DNA of 64,000 nt from Thermoleophilaceae bacterium (GTDB lineage Bacteria > Actinomycetota > Thermoleophilia > Solirubrobacterales > JACPNS01), in assembly GCA_016462645.1 (NCBI GenBank), contig JAEMSX010000004.1, positions 18,733 to 82,732 of the forward strand. The letters are read 5' to 3'. Of this stretch, positions 19,487 through 28,804 are shown piece by piece. Both the position numbers and the translations under genes were made by a program. A model generated the notes under the pieces. It made no database searches. It had not been told where the DNA came from and saw only the letters and a program-made list of their open reading frames with translations. Position 1 is the stretch's first letter, and every line of letters starts with the position of its first letter.

Positions 19487-20434
19487 GTGCGCCTGCTTCT
19501 CGCCGGCGGGACGGGCGCGATTGGCAGGCCGCTGCTACCCAAACTGCTGGCCGCCGGCCATGAGGTCCACGCGACGACACGCAGCGCTGAGCGCGCCGCA
19601 GAACTCGAGGCCGCCGGCGCCACGCCTGAGGTCGTTGACTTTCTCAAGCCCGGCACCGCGGACAAACTCGTCCGCAAGGTTCAGCCCGAAGTAATCGTCG
19701 ATGAGCTGACCAGTCTCCCGAAGGACTACGACCCGCGCGACGCCGAGGCCGCATACGCGGCCAATGACGCGATTCGCTTCGAGGGCACCGGCGCACTCAT
19801 CCGCGCCGCTGAGGATCATGGGGTCAGGCGCTACGTCGCGCAGTCGATCGCGTTTCTGTACGCGCCCGGAAAGGGTGAGATCAGGACCGAGGCGGACCCC
19901 GCGTGGATCGACGCGCCAGCGCCGTTCTCGAAATCGGTCGAGATTCTCACGCTGAACGAGCGCAAAGTCACGCAGAGCGACAAGTTCGTCGGCGTGGTCC
20001 TGCGCTTTGGCACGCTCTACGGTCCCGGCACTTGGTACGCGACCGAGGGCAGCACCTGCGAGTCGATCCGTCAGCGCCAATTCCCGTTGGTCGGCGGCGG
20101 CACCGGCCTGAACTCACTGGTTCACGTCTCGGACGCGGCAGCCGCGGCCGCGCTCGCAGTTGAGAAGGGGCGCGGCATCTACAACGTGGTCGACGATGAG
20201 CCGGCTCCGTTCAGCGAGCTGATTCCGTACGTCGCAGAACTACTGGGTGCCAAGCACCCGCGCAAGGTCCCGGCCTGGATCGCGCGCCGGGCGGCAGGGC
20301 CGTTCCTCACCACGGCCGCAACGTCGCAGGCCGGTGCCAGCAACGCGAAGGCCAAGGAAGAACTCGGCTGGACGCCGAGCCTCCCAAGTTGGCGCGACGG
20401 TCTGCGCGACCATCGCGACGATCTACTGCAGTGA
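19487..20434 (+). CDS. NAD(P)-dependent epimerase/dehydratase-family SDR
   Basis: N-terminal GGTGAIG Rossmann motif. 315 aa with an extended-SDR-like layout. Confidence 0.7.
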   Translation: MRLLLAGGTGAIGRPLLPKLLAAGHEVHATTRSAERAAELEAAGATPEVVDFLKPGTADKLVRKVQPEVIVDELTSLPKDYDPRDAEAAYAANDAIRFEGTGALIRAAEDHGVRRYVAQSIAFLYAPGKGEIRTEADPAWIDAPAPFSKSVEILTLNERKVTQSDKFVGVVLRFGTLYGPGTWYATEGSTCESIRQRQFPLVGGGTGLNSLVHVSDAAAAAALAVEKGRGIYNVVDDEPAPFSELIPYVAELLGAKHPRKVPAWIARRAAGPFLTTAATSQAGASNAKAKEELGWTPSLPSWRDGLRDHRDDLLQ

Positions 20435-21496
20435 AGTCGAGGAGCTGGCCGCGGCCTGCTCGGCCTTGAGGATCGAAGCCGTGTTCAGGCTCTCCGGAGC
20501 CAGCGGAACGAAGTTGCGGTCCTGCTGCATCTGCGGAGCGTCGCCGCCGGTCGAGCCGTCACCGGCTGCCCACGGGAGCGTGAAGTAGCTGCCGACCGGT
20601 CGGTCGTGGCGGTGGCTGATGCCGCCGGCCATCTCGGTGAGGCGGCCGACGCGGTCCTCGGTGGCCGGGTGGGTTGCGAAGAGCGTTGACTCCTTGCCGC
20701 GGGCGTTCATCGAGGGCGCGATCATCATGTGCGCGATCGCCTCCTCGGGGCGCTCCGTGGCGACCATGTTGCCTGAGATCTGGTTCAGAGCGGACGCAAG
20801 GCCCTGCGGGTAGCGCGTGAGCTCGGCGCCGGAGGCGTCGGCCACGTACTCGCGCTTGCGGCTGATCGAGAGTTGGATGATCGTTGCCGCGATCGGCGCG
20901 AGGATGATCGTGAGCAGCACTACAACCAGCCCGAGCCAACCGCCACCGCTGTCGCGGTTGCTGCCGCCGAACCAGAGTCCGTAGGAGATGATCTGCGCGA
21001 TCAACGCGATCGACCCGGCCAGCACTGCGACGTAGGTCATGAGCTTGACGTCGAGGTTCTTGATGTGCGCCATCTCGTGCGCGAGCACGCCGTAGAGCTC
21101 CTGGTCGTCGAGAACGTCAAGCAGGCCCTTGTTGACGCAGATCAGCGCCTGGTCCTGATTGCGGCCCGCGGCGAATGCGTTGGGCGACGGGTCGGGGGAG
21201 ATGTAGAGACGCGGCATCGGCAGGCCGGCGGTGATCGAGAGGTTCTCGACCATCCGCCAGAGCTCCGGCGCTTCGGACTTGCTCTTGATCTGCTTGCCGC
21301 CTGCGGCAAGCACTGCCATGTCGTCCCCGCCGAAGAGCGAGATCAACACCATCACGAACGCAAGCGCGGCAATACCGAACGCTCCGACCGGTCCGACCCA
21401 GAGGTACATCGCGTAGGCGATGACCGCGTAGATCAGCAGGAACCCGCTCATCAGGAACCACGACTTGCGCTTGTTGACAGCTATCTGCTTGTACAT
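20423..21496 (-). CDS. htpX: M48-family zinc metalloprotease, HtpX-like
   Basis: HEMAHIKN (HExxH) between TM segments. Downstream of lemA on the same strand. Confidence 0.85.
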   Translation of the reverse strand: MYKQIAVNKRKSWFLMSGFLLIYAVIAYAMYLWVGPVGAFGIAALAFVMVLISLFGGDDMAVLAAGGKQIKSKSEAPELWRMVENLSITAGLPMPRLYISPDPSPNAFAAGRNQDQALICVNKGLLDVLDDQELYGVLAHEMAHIKNLDVKLMTYVAVLAGSIALIAQIISYGLWFGGSNRDSGGGWLGLVVVLLTIILAPIAATIIQLSISRKREYVADASGAELTRYPQGLASALNQISGNMVATERPEEAIAHMMIAPSMNARGKESTLFATHPATEDRVGRLTEMAGGISHRHDRPVGSYFTLPWAAGDGSTGGDAPQMQQDRNFVPLAPESLNTASILKAEQAAASSSTSLQ

Positions 21497-21526
21497 CTCG
21501 CTCCTTCAAGTCTCAGTCGCGCCGCG

Positions 21527-22213
21527 CTAGGCGGTCGGAGGTCCTGGAGGCGTGGATCCCTCGCCGCCTGCAGGCGGCTCGGCTGCCGGCGGTGCGGCCG
21601 GAGCCGGAGTCGCCGGGATCACGCCCGGAGCGGGGGAGTTGGCCGCGGCGCTGTTGTCGCCGAAGGAAACGTTCGGGACTTCCTTCTCGGCCGGGTTCTC
21701 GATCTCGAAGAACTCGTGCTCGGTGATGTGCGCCTGCTTGGCGATGATGCTGCTCGGGAACTGTTGGATCTTGATGTTCAGGTCGCGCACGTTCATGTTG
21801 TAGAAACGGCGGCTGGCCTGGATCTTGTCCTCCGTGTCCGTCAGCTCGTTCTGCAGCTGCAGGAAGTTCTGGTTGGCCTTGAGGTCCGGGTAGGCCTCGG
21901 CGACCGCGAACAGTCGACCGAGTGCCTGGCCGAGGATTCCTTCGGCTTGGGCCGATGCCTGCGGCCCCGATGCGTTGACGGCATTTGTGCGGGCCTGCGT
22001 GACTGAGTCGAACGTCTGACGCTCGTGTGACGCGTAGCCCTTGACCGTCTCGACCAGGTTCGGGATCAGGTCGTGACGACGCTTGAGCTGCGTCTCGATG
22101 TCAGAGAATGCCTCTTCAGTGCGGTTGCGCAGTGAAATCAAGCCGTTGTAGGTCGCGACCACGTAAATGATCAGGAGGACGACGATTACTGCGATAACGA
22201 TCAATGCGATCAT
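21527..22213 (-). CDS. lemA: LemA family protein
   Basis: N-terminal TM followed by YNGLISLRNRTEEAFSDIETQLKRRHDLIPNLV and AYPDLKANQNF (LemA signature). Has a Pro/Ala-rich C-terminal tail. Confidence 0.85.
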   Translation of the reverse strand: MIALIVIAVIVVLLIIYVVATYNGLISLRNRTEEAFSDIETQLKRRHDLIPNLVETVKGYASHERQTFDSVTQARTNAVNASGPQASAQAEGILGQALGRLFAVAEAYPDLKANQNFLQLQNELTDTEDKIQASRRFYNMNVRDLNIKIQQFPSSIIAKQAHITEHEFFEIENPAEKEVPNVSFGDNSAAANSPAPGVIPATPAPAAPPAAEPPAGGEGSTPPGPPTA

Positions 22214-22323
22214 CGAAAATTCAGGCCTTTCGGGGCGTAGCTGTGGACGTGCAAGTACGTAGATTCTTACCGATTACATCGGCTAAATGATCGGCAACGT
22301 GATCGCATTCATAAGATCACAAC

Positions 22324-23316
22324 GTGCCAAGGGAGTGGAACGAGCTTTTCATCACCGATACGCCGCTCCCAGCTGAGCCGGTGGCGGAAGCCGAACCCGA
22401 ACGCGGTGGTGGCATGTTCAAGCGTCTGCGTGAGTCGTTGGGCCGCACGCGTCAGGCCTTCTCCGCTGAGATTCGGACCACGCTGTTCGACAGCCTCGAC
22501 GACGCAACCTGGGAGCGCCTGGAAGAGCTGCTGATCTACGCAGACGTCGGTGCGCGCACCACCGCAAAAGTCGTCGGACAGCTCGAGACCGAGGTCGAGG
22601 AAGGCGAGGTTGCCGGGGGAGACGCGATCGTCGAGCGCCTGGAGGAGCTGTTGGCGCAGACCGCGACGACCGGCGAGGCGACGATCGACATCCGCCACAC
22701 CCCCACGGTGATCATGGTCTGCGGGGTCAACGGAACCGGAAAGACGACTTCGATCGGAAAAATCGCTTGGCACCTCGAAAAGCAGTTCGGCAAGTCCGTG
22801 CTGCTCGGCGCCGCCGACACCTTCCGCGCTGCGGCAACGGAGCAGCTCGCCGAGTGGGCGAATCGCACAGGCGCCGCCTTCGTGCGGGGGGCGGAGAACT
22901 CAGACCCGGGCGCAGTCGCCTACGACGCTGTCGGCGCAGCCGTGGCCCGTGGCACCGACGTCGCGCTGATCGACACCGCGGGTCGTCTGCACACGCAGGA
23001 CAACCTGCTCGAAGAGCTGAAGAAGGTCCGACGCGTGATCGAGAAACAACTCCCCGGAGCCCCGCACGAGACGCTTCTCGTGGTTGATGCGACGACGGGT
23101 CAGAACGGATTGCGCCAGGCAAAACTCTTTGCCGAAGCGGTGCACGTCGACGGAATCGTGCTCACCAAACTCGACGGAACGGCCAAAGGCGGCATCGCAC
23201 TGGCAATCGCCGACGAGCTCGGCATCCCGGTCAAACTGATCGGAATCGGCGAGCAGCTGGAGGATCTGCGGCCGTTCGATGCCTCCGACTTCGCCCGCGC
23301 TCTGATCTCGGAGTAA
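22324..23316 (+). CDS. ftsY: Signal recognition particle receptor FtsY
   Basis: SRP GTPase motifs GVNGTGKTT, DTAGR and TKLDGTAKGG. Confidence 0.93.
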   Translation: MPREWNELFITDTPLPAEPVAEAEPERGGGMFKRLRESLGRTRQAFSAEIRTTLFDSLDDATWERLEELLIYADVGARTTAKVVGQLETEVEEGEVAGGDAIVERLEELLAQTATTGEATIDIRHTPTVIMVCGVNGTGKTTSIGKIAWHLEKQFGKSVLLGAADTFRAAATEQLAEWANRTGAAFVRGAENSDPGAVAYDAVGAAVARGTDVALIDTAGRLHTQDNLLEELKKVRRVIEKQLPGAPHETLLVVDATTGQNGLRQAKLFAEAVHVDGIVLTKLDGTAKGGIALAIADELGIPVKLIGIGEQLEDLRPFDASDFARALISE

Positions 23317-23323
23317 AAATGTT

Positions 23324-23821
23324 TTGCCAACGTCCGCCGCGATCTGGTCAATAATCAGCATCGTGGAAGACTGGATCTATTGGATGATTTTCGCCGTCGT
23401 GATGGCGGCGCTTGAGCTGGCCGTCTTTTCGATCTTCATTTTCGGCCCGCTTGCGATTGCAGCCGTGGTCACTGCGATCGCTGCCAGCCTCGGGGCATCG
23501 ATCGAAATCCAGCTCCTGATCTTCATCGTTCTCTCACTCGCTTCCGGACTGGCGCTCTATCCCGTTGCCAGGCGGTCGAAAGAGAACACTCCTGAATCGG
23601 CGACGAATGTCGACGCCCTGATCGGCAAGGAAGGCCGCACGCTCGAGGAGATCTCCGAGGAATCACTCGGACTGATCCGCTTCGACAACTCGAACTGGAC
23701 CGCACGCCCGGTTGACGGCCAGCCCAAGATCGCGGCCAACACTCCGGTAAAAGTCGTATCGATCGCCGGCGCCACGGCAATCGTCGAACCGCTCGAAAAA
23801 ACTTCAACCCCTGACGCCTAG
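23324..23821 (+). CDS. NfeD-family membrane protein (start uncertain)
   Basis: N-terminal TM helices plus a C-terminal OB-like segment (GKEGRTLEEI...GLIRFDNSNWTARP...VKVVSIAGATAIVEP). Directly upstream of an SPFH gene. Confidence 0.7.
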   Translation: MPTSAAIWSIISIVEDWIYWMIFAVVMAALELAVFSIFIFGPLAIAAVVTAIAASLGASIEIQLLIFIVLSLASGLALYPVARRSKENTPESATNVDALIGKEGRTLEEISEESLGLIRFDNSNWTARPVDGQPKIAANTPVKVVSIAGATAIVEPLEKTSTPDA

Positions 23822-23829
23822 GAGCTCGC

Positions 23830-24705
23830 ATGGTCTTCGTCCTGATCGCAATCGTCGTCCTCGTCCTCTTCACGCTGCTGCGTGCCGTGCGGATCATCCC
23901 GCAGGCAAAAGCCGGCGTGGTCGAGCGACTGGGCAAGTACCACCGCACGCTGACCCCGGGACTCGCGATCGTGATCCCGTATGTCGACCGCGTCCGCCCG
24001 CTGATCGACATGCGCGAGCAGGTCGTGAGCTTTGCGCCGCAGCCGGTGATCACCGAGGACAACGTCGTCGTGCAGATCGACAGCGTTCTGTACTACACGA
24101 TCAACGACGCCCGGGCCGTGACATACGAGATCGCCAACCACCTCCAGGCGATCGAGCAGCTGACCACGACCACTCTGCGAAACGTGATCGGTGGTCTCAC
24201 GCTTGAGAAGGCGCTCACCAGCCGCGACGAGATCAACACCGCCCTGCGCATCGTGCTTGACGAGGCGACGGGCAAGTGGGGCATCCGCGTCAACCGCGTC
24301 GAGCTGAAGGCGATCGATCCGCCGCTCTCGATTCAGGACGCAATGGAGAAGCAGATGCGCGCAGAGCGTGACCGCCGCGCCGCGATCCTCACAGCTGAAG
24401 GCGTCAAGCAGTCACAGATCCTCACCGCAGAGGGCCAGAAGCAGGCGGCGATCCTCACCGCTGAGGGTTCCCGCCAGTCGCAGATCCTCACCGCAGAGGG
24501 TGAGGGAGCCGCGATCAAGACCGTCTTCGACGCAATCCACGCCGGAAACCCGGATTTGCCGCTGGTTGCCTACAAGTACGTCCAGGCGCTCGAGTCGCTG
24601 GCGATGAACGACAGCAACAGCACCTGGGTGATCCCGGGCGAGTTCACGCAGGCGTTGGCAGGACTGAGCGACAAGCTGGGAACGCTGGCCGCGCCGGAGT
24701 CGTAG
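23830..24705 (+). CDS. SPFH/band-7 (stomatin/paraslipin-like) protein
   Basis: N-terminal TM followed by RIIPQAKAGVVERLGKYHRTLTPGL and a coiled-coil repeat AAILTAEG x3. Confidence 0.87.
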   Translation: MVFVLIAIVVLVLFTLLRAVRIIPQAKAGVVERLGKYHRTLTPGLAIVIPYVDRVRPLIDMREQVVSFAPQPVITEDNVVVQIDSVLYYTINDARAVTYEIANHLQAIEQLTTTTLRNVIGGLTLEKALTSRDEINTALRIVLDEATGKWGIRVNRVELKAIDPPLSIQDAMEKQMRAERDRRAAILTAEGVKQSQILTAEGQKQAAILTAEGSRQSQILTAEGEGAAIKTVFDAIHAGNPDLPLVAYKYVQALESLAMNDSNSTWVIPGEFTQALAGLSDKLGTLAAPES

Positions 24706-24802
24706 TACGCGTACGTCTCGTTGACGCGCCACGGGAGAGCCGCACAGGTCCCAAAGCAGGACCAAGCACGCCCCGACCTTTGGCAACTAGAGTCAGCGCC
24801 GC

Positions 24803-26137
24803 ATGTTTGACGCACTTTCAGAACGCCTGCAGGAAACGCTTTCCGATGTCCGTTCGCACGGCAAGCTCAGCGAGGACGACATCAACAAGGCGATGCGCGA
24901 CATCCGCCTTGCGTTGCTCGAGGCGGACGTCAACTTCAAGGTCGTCAAGGAATTCACCGCGAGGGTCAAAGCCCGCGCACTGGGTGCTGACGTCCTTGAG
25001 GCGCTGAACCCCGGCCAGCAGGTCGTCAAGATCGTCGACGAGGAGCTGACCGCCCTGATGGGCGAGTCGAGCCGCGAGATCGTCTTCGCGCAGAGCTCGC
25101 CGACGGTCATTCTGATGGCGGGTCTGCAGGGTTCGGGTAAGACGACCAACTGCGGAAAGCTCGCGCTGATGCTGAAGGGTCAGGGCAAGAAGGTCGGCAT
25201 TGCCGCGTGTGACGTCTACCGCCCGGCCGCGATCGATCAGCTGAAGGTCGTCGGCGAGCAGGTCGGCGCCAAGGTGTACGAGCAGGGTCAGGGCGACCCC
25301 GTGAAGATCGCCAAATGGGCGGTCCAGGAGTCGATCCAGAACCTTGACGACGTCCTGATCGTGGACACCGCCGGTCGCCTGCATGTGGATTCCGATCTGA
25401 TGGAAGAGCTGGCGAAGATCCGCAAGGAGGTCAAGCCGCACAACGTCCTGCTCGTTGTCGACGCGATGACCGGTCAGGACGCGGTCAATGTCGCCGAGCA
25501 GTTCGCCGAGACCGCGAACTTCGACGGCGTGATCATGACCAAGCTCGACGGTGACGCCCGAGGCGGCGCCGCGCTCAGCATCAAGGCCGTGACTGGCAAG
25601 CCGATCATGTACGCGTCGGTCGGCGAGAAGCTCGACCAGTTCGAGGTCTTCCACCCGGACCGCATGGCCGACCGCATCCTCGGCATGGGCGACGTGATGA
25701 GCCTGATCGAGAAGGCCGAATCGCAGATCGACGAGAAGTCGGCGCTCGAGATGGAGCGCAAGATCCGCAAGAACGAGCTGACCTTTGACGATTTCCTCGA
25801 GCAGATGAAGATGATGCGCAAGATGGGCTCGCTCTCGAGCATTCTGGGCATGATGCCCGGCATCGACAAGAAGGCCCTGAAAAACGTCAACATCGACGAG
25901 CGCGAACTCGATCGCATCCAGGCGATCGTCCTCTCAATGACGCCGCAGGAGCGTGCGAATCCGAAGATCATCAACGGCAAGCGCCGCGTGCGCATCGCCA
26001 ATGGCTCCGGGACCAGCGTTCAGCAGGTCAACAAGCTGATCAAGCAGTTCTCCGAGATGAAGAAAATGATGAAGCGGATGAGCGGCAAGGGCAAGAAGGG
26101 CATGCCCGATATCTCTCAGCTCATGGGACAGCGCTAG
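24803..26137 (+). CDS. ffh: Signal recognition particle protein Ffh
   Basis: MFDALSERLQ, GLQGSGKTT, DTAGRL and TKLDGDARGGAA motifs, plus a Met-rich M domain. Confidence 0.95.
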   Translation: MFDALSERLQETLSDVRSHGKLSEDDINKAMRDIRLALLEADVNFKVVKEFTARVKARALGADVLEALNPGQQVVKIVDEELTALMGESSREIVFAQSSPTVILMAGLQGSGKTTNCGKLALMLKGQGKKVGIAACDVYRPAAIDQLKVVGEQVGAKVYEQGQGDPVKIAKWAVQESIQNLDDVLIVDTAGRLHVDSDLMEELAKIRKEVKPHNVLLVVDAMTGQDAVNVAEQFAETANFDGVIMTKLDGDARGGAALSIKAVTGKPIMYASVGEKLDQFEVFHPDRMADRILGMGDVMSLIEKAESQIDEKSALEMERKIRKNELTFDDFLEQMKMMRKMGSLSSILGMMPGIDKKALKNVNIDERELDRIQAIVLSMTPQERANPKIINGKRRVRIANGSGTSVQQVNKLIKQFSEMKKMMKRMSGKGKKGMPDISQLMGQR

Positions 26138-26158
26138 GCGCTTGGTACTCTCCTCCCC

Positions 26159-26425
26159 GTGGTACGAATCAGACTTACACGAGTAGGCAGCAAGAAGAAC
26201 CCGATCTGGCGCATCGTGGTGGCGGACAAGCGTTCCCCCCGCGACGGTCGCGTGATCGAAAATGTTGGCACCTACAACCCGCAGACGGACCCTTCGACTG
26301 TCACGTTGAAGCAGGACCGCGTCGAGCACTGGATCGAGAAGGGCGCCAAGCCCACCCCGACCGTGCTCAAGCTGATGAAGACCCAGAGCCTTGACGCTGA
26401 CGGCAAGCCCGTCGCAGTCAAGTAA
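26159..26425 (+). CDS. rpsP: 30S ribosomal protein S16
   Basis: (GTG)[30 protein letters not shown]. Confidence 0.92.
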   Translation: MVRIRLTRVGSKKNPIWRIVVADKRSPRDGRVIENVGTYNPQTDPSTVTLKQDRVEHWIEKGAKPTPTVLKLMKTQSLDADGKPVAVK

Positions 26426-26438
26426 GTTTCTTTTCGCC

Positions 26439-26720
26439 GTGAGCGACGAAGCAACTACTGCTCCGACCGAGGTTGAAGGTCCCCAGATGGAGGACCTTAT
26501 CGAAAACCTGGTCAAGGGTCTCGTCGACAAGCCTGAAGAGGTTTCCGTCGAAGGGTTTGACGAATCAGACGGCTCCGTGACTCTGGAGCTGCGCGTCGCC
26601 GAGGACGAGGCCGGCAAGGTCATCGGTCGCGGCGGTCGCACGATCAACGCTTTGCGTCAGGTCGTTCGCGCGCACAAGGAAGCCCGCGGCCGCAAGGTCG
26701 TTGTCGACCTCGTCGATTAG
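26439..26720 (+). CDS. KH-domain RNA-binding protein (YlqC/UPF0109 family)
   Basis: LVKGLVDKPEEVSV...GKVIGRGGRTINALR (GxxG KH motif). Conserved rpsP-KH-rimM order. The GTG start is chosen and approximate. Confidence 0.75.
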   Translation: MSDEATTAPTEVEGPQMEDLIENLVKGLVDKPEEVSVEGFDESDGSVTLELRVAEDEAGKVIGRGGRTINALRQVVRAHKEARGRKVVVDLVD

Positions 26721-26737
26721 TCGGGAGCCTTCTTCTT

Positions 26738-27238
26738 ATGGACCCGCAGGACCGCATCCAGATCGGAGTGGTCGGAAAGCCGCACGGCGTGCGCGGCGGC
26801 TTCTATCTGGACGGATCCGTCGATACGCCGGCGCTGGTGGCCGGACTTGAGGTTTTTGTGGGACCGGCGACGTTCACGCTCGCCTCGCGCGGCGGCACCG
26901 ACAAGCGCCCGCTGCTGATGTTCAATGAGATCAGCAGCAAGGAGGCGATCGCCGCGCTCCGCGGCGAGAACGCCTACGCGGCGCGCGGAGATCTGACGCC
27001 GCTCGGCGAGGGGGAGTGGTTTGCCGACGATCTGATCGGGCTTTCCGTGGTGGACAAAGATGGCCGCGCGATCGGAAGGGTCACGCGCATGAACAACCTG
27101 CCTTCCGCAGACGTTCTCGAGGTTGCGGCCGCCGACGGCGGACAGCTGCTGGTGCCGATGATTCGCGACGCGATCATCGCGATCGAGCCTGGCGGCTCGG
27201 GCGTGACTGTCGACGCCGAGTTCCTGGGCGTAGGCTGA
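26738..27238 (+). CDS. rimM: 16S rRNA processing protein RimM
   Basis: IQIGVVGKPHGVRGGF followed by a PRC-barrel C-terminus. Conserved operon position. Confidence 0.87.
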   Translation: MDPQDRIQIGVVGKPHGVRGGFYLDGSVDTPALVAGLEVFVGPATFTLASRGGTDKRPLLMFNEISSKEAIAALRGENAYAARGDLTPLGEGEWFADDLIGLSVVDKDGRAIGRVTRMNNLPSADVLEVAAADGGQLLVPMIRDAIIAIEPGGSGVTVDAEFLGVG

Positions 27239-27244
27239 GCAATC

Positions 27245-27955
27245 GTGCAGATCGACGTTTTCACACTTTTCCCGGAGTGGTTCGACTGGTTTCGCGAGCA
27301 GCGGCACATGAAGAACCTGTTCGAGGCCGGCCACTCGCTCGAGACCGTGGACATGCGGGCGACCACGCCGATCTCGAATAATCGGGTCGACGACACGCCG
27401 TATGGCGGCGGAGCAGGAATGGTGATCCGCGTGGACGTTGTCGAGGAAGCCCTGCGCGGGAGGTACTCGATCGACCCGGTCGAGCTTGGCTCGCAGCGAC
27501 GGGTTGTCGTGCTGTCGCCGACCGGTCGACGACTCGACGACCCCTTGACCGAAGAGCTTGCGGCGGGTGGCGACATGACGATCCTCTGCGGTCGCTACGA
27601 GGGGTTCGATCAGCGCGTCCACGACCATTTTGCGACCGACGTCATCTCGATCGGTGACTACGTGCTCTCCGGCGGGGAGCTTGCGGCGATGGTCCTGGCT
27701 GACGCGGTGACGCGCAAGCTGCCCGAGGCGCACGGCGATGAGCGCAGCGCGAAAGAAGAGTCGTTCAGCGCCGAGCTTGACGGTGCGCCGGAGTACCCGC
27801 ACTACACGCGACCGGAGGAGTATCGCGGTTGGAAGGTCCCCGACGTGCTGCTTTCGGGGCATCACGGCGAGATCGAGCGCTGGCGCCGCGAACAGAGCGA
27901 ATTGCGCCGGACGCAGCGCACAGAGCCTCCATCGCCGGGCGTTGCAGGCGATTAG
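27245..27955 (+). CDS. trmD: tRNA (guanine37-N1)-methyltransferase TrmD
   Basis: [33 protein letters not shown] and [11 protein letters not shown] motifs. Confidence 0.92.
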   Translation: MQIDVFTLFPEWFDWFREQRHMKNLFEAGHSLETVDMRATTPISNNRVDDTPYGGGAGMVIRVDVVEEALRGRYSIDPVELGSQRRVVVLSPTGRRLDDPLTEELAAGGDMTILCGRYEGFDQRVHDHFATDVISIGDYVLSGGELAAMVLADAVTRKLPEAHGDERSAKEESFSAELDGAPEYPHYTRPEEYRGWKVPDVLLSGHHGEIERWRREQSELRRTQRTEPPSPGVAGD

Positions 27956-27977
27956 CTAACATCATCACGCTTTATGC

Positions 27978-28007
27978 GGCACGGGCAGGCGCTCGTGCCT
28001 GATTTTT
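27978..28007 (+). terminator. Intrinsic-terminator-like hairpin between trmD and rplS
   Basis: 9-bp stem GGCACGGGC/GCTCGTGCC (one G-U pair), AGGC loop, then TGATTTTT. Confidence 0.5.
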
Positions 28008-28095
28008 GCGCTCGTGTCTGAAGTTCCACTCAGCGCCACGAGACCGGCCCCATCTTTCTTTCTCGCAGTACGAAACTTTTACAGCAGGTAATCCC

Positions 28096-28785
28096 ATGAG
28101 CACGATCATCGACAAGCTTGAAAAGGCGCAGATCAAGCGCGTTCCCTCCTTCGACCCGGGCGATCGCGTTCGCGTTCACTTCCAGGTCGTCGAAGGCACC
28201 CGCAAACGTACGCAGGTCTTCGAGGGTGTTGTGATCAAGCGTCAGGGCAGCGGAGCCCGCGAGACCTTCACGGTGCGCAAGCAGTCATTCGGCGTCGGCG
28301 TGGAGCGCACGTTCCCGGTCCACTCGACCAAGATCGAGAAGATCGAGGTTGCGGCCCGCGGTGAAGTGCGTCGCGCGAAGCTCTACTACCTGCGTGACCG
28401 CGTCGGTAAGCGCGCGCGTGTCCGTGAGCGTGCCTGGACTCCGCAGGAGCAGCAGCGTCTCGACGCTGAGGCAGCCGGCGCCTACGACGCCGAGGGCGCC
28501 CAGGAAGAAGCAGAACCTGTAGCGCCGGAGGTTGAGGAGACTGAGGCAGTCGAGACCGTCGACGCAGCGGCAACTGAGACCGAAGCAGCACCCGAGGCTG
28601 AAGCAGCTCCGGAGGCCGAAACGGCTGACGAGGCGCCCGAAGCCGAGGTCGCTGAAGAGGCTCCGGCAGCTGAGGAAGCTCCCGCAGCTGAAGAAGCTCC
28701 GGCAGAAGAAGCTTCGGCGGAGGAAGCTCCCGCTGAAGACGCTCCGGCAGAAGACGCCCCGGCGGACGACGCCGACAAGAGCTAA
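28096..28785 (+). CDS. rplS: 50S ribosomal protein L19 with a long acidic Ala/Glu/Pro-rich C-terminal extension
   Basis: [47 protein letters not shown] is the canonical L19 core. About 110 extra residues of EAPAAEE-type repeats follow it. Confidence 0.88.
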   Translation: MSTIIDKLEKAQIKRVPSFDPGDRVRVHFQVVEGTRKRTQVFEGVVIKRQGSGARETFTVRKQSFGVGVERTFPVHSTKIEKIEVAARGEVRRAKLYYLRDRVGKRARVRERAWTPQEQQRLDAEAAGAYDAEGAQEEAEPVAPEVEETEAVETVDAAATETEAAPEAEAAPEAETADEAPEAEVAEEAPAAEEAPAAEEAPAEEASAEEAPAEDAPAEDAPADDADKS

Positions 28786-28804
28786 ATCGGGCTAACGCCC
28801 TCTC

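Noticed and set aside
28482-28778. A 98-aa Ser/Ala-rich minus-strand ORF.
   Set aside because: It is the mirror image of the repetitive GAAGC/GCTCC DNA that encodes the L19 acidic tail. It has no start context and no independent evidence.
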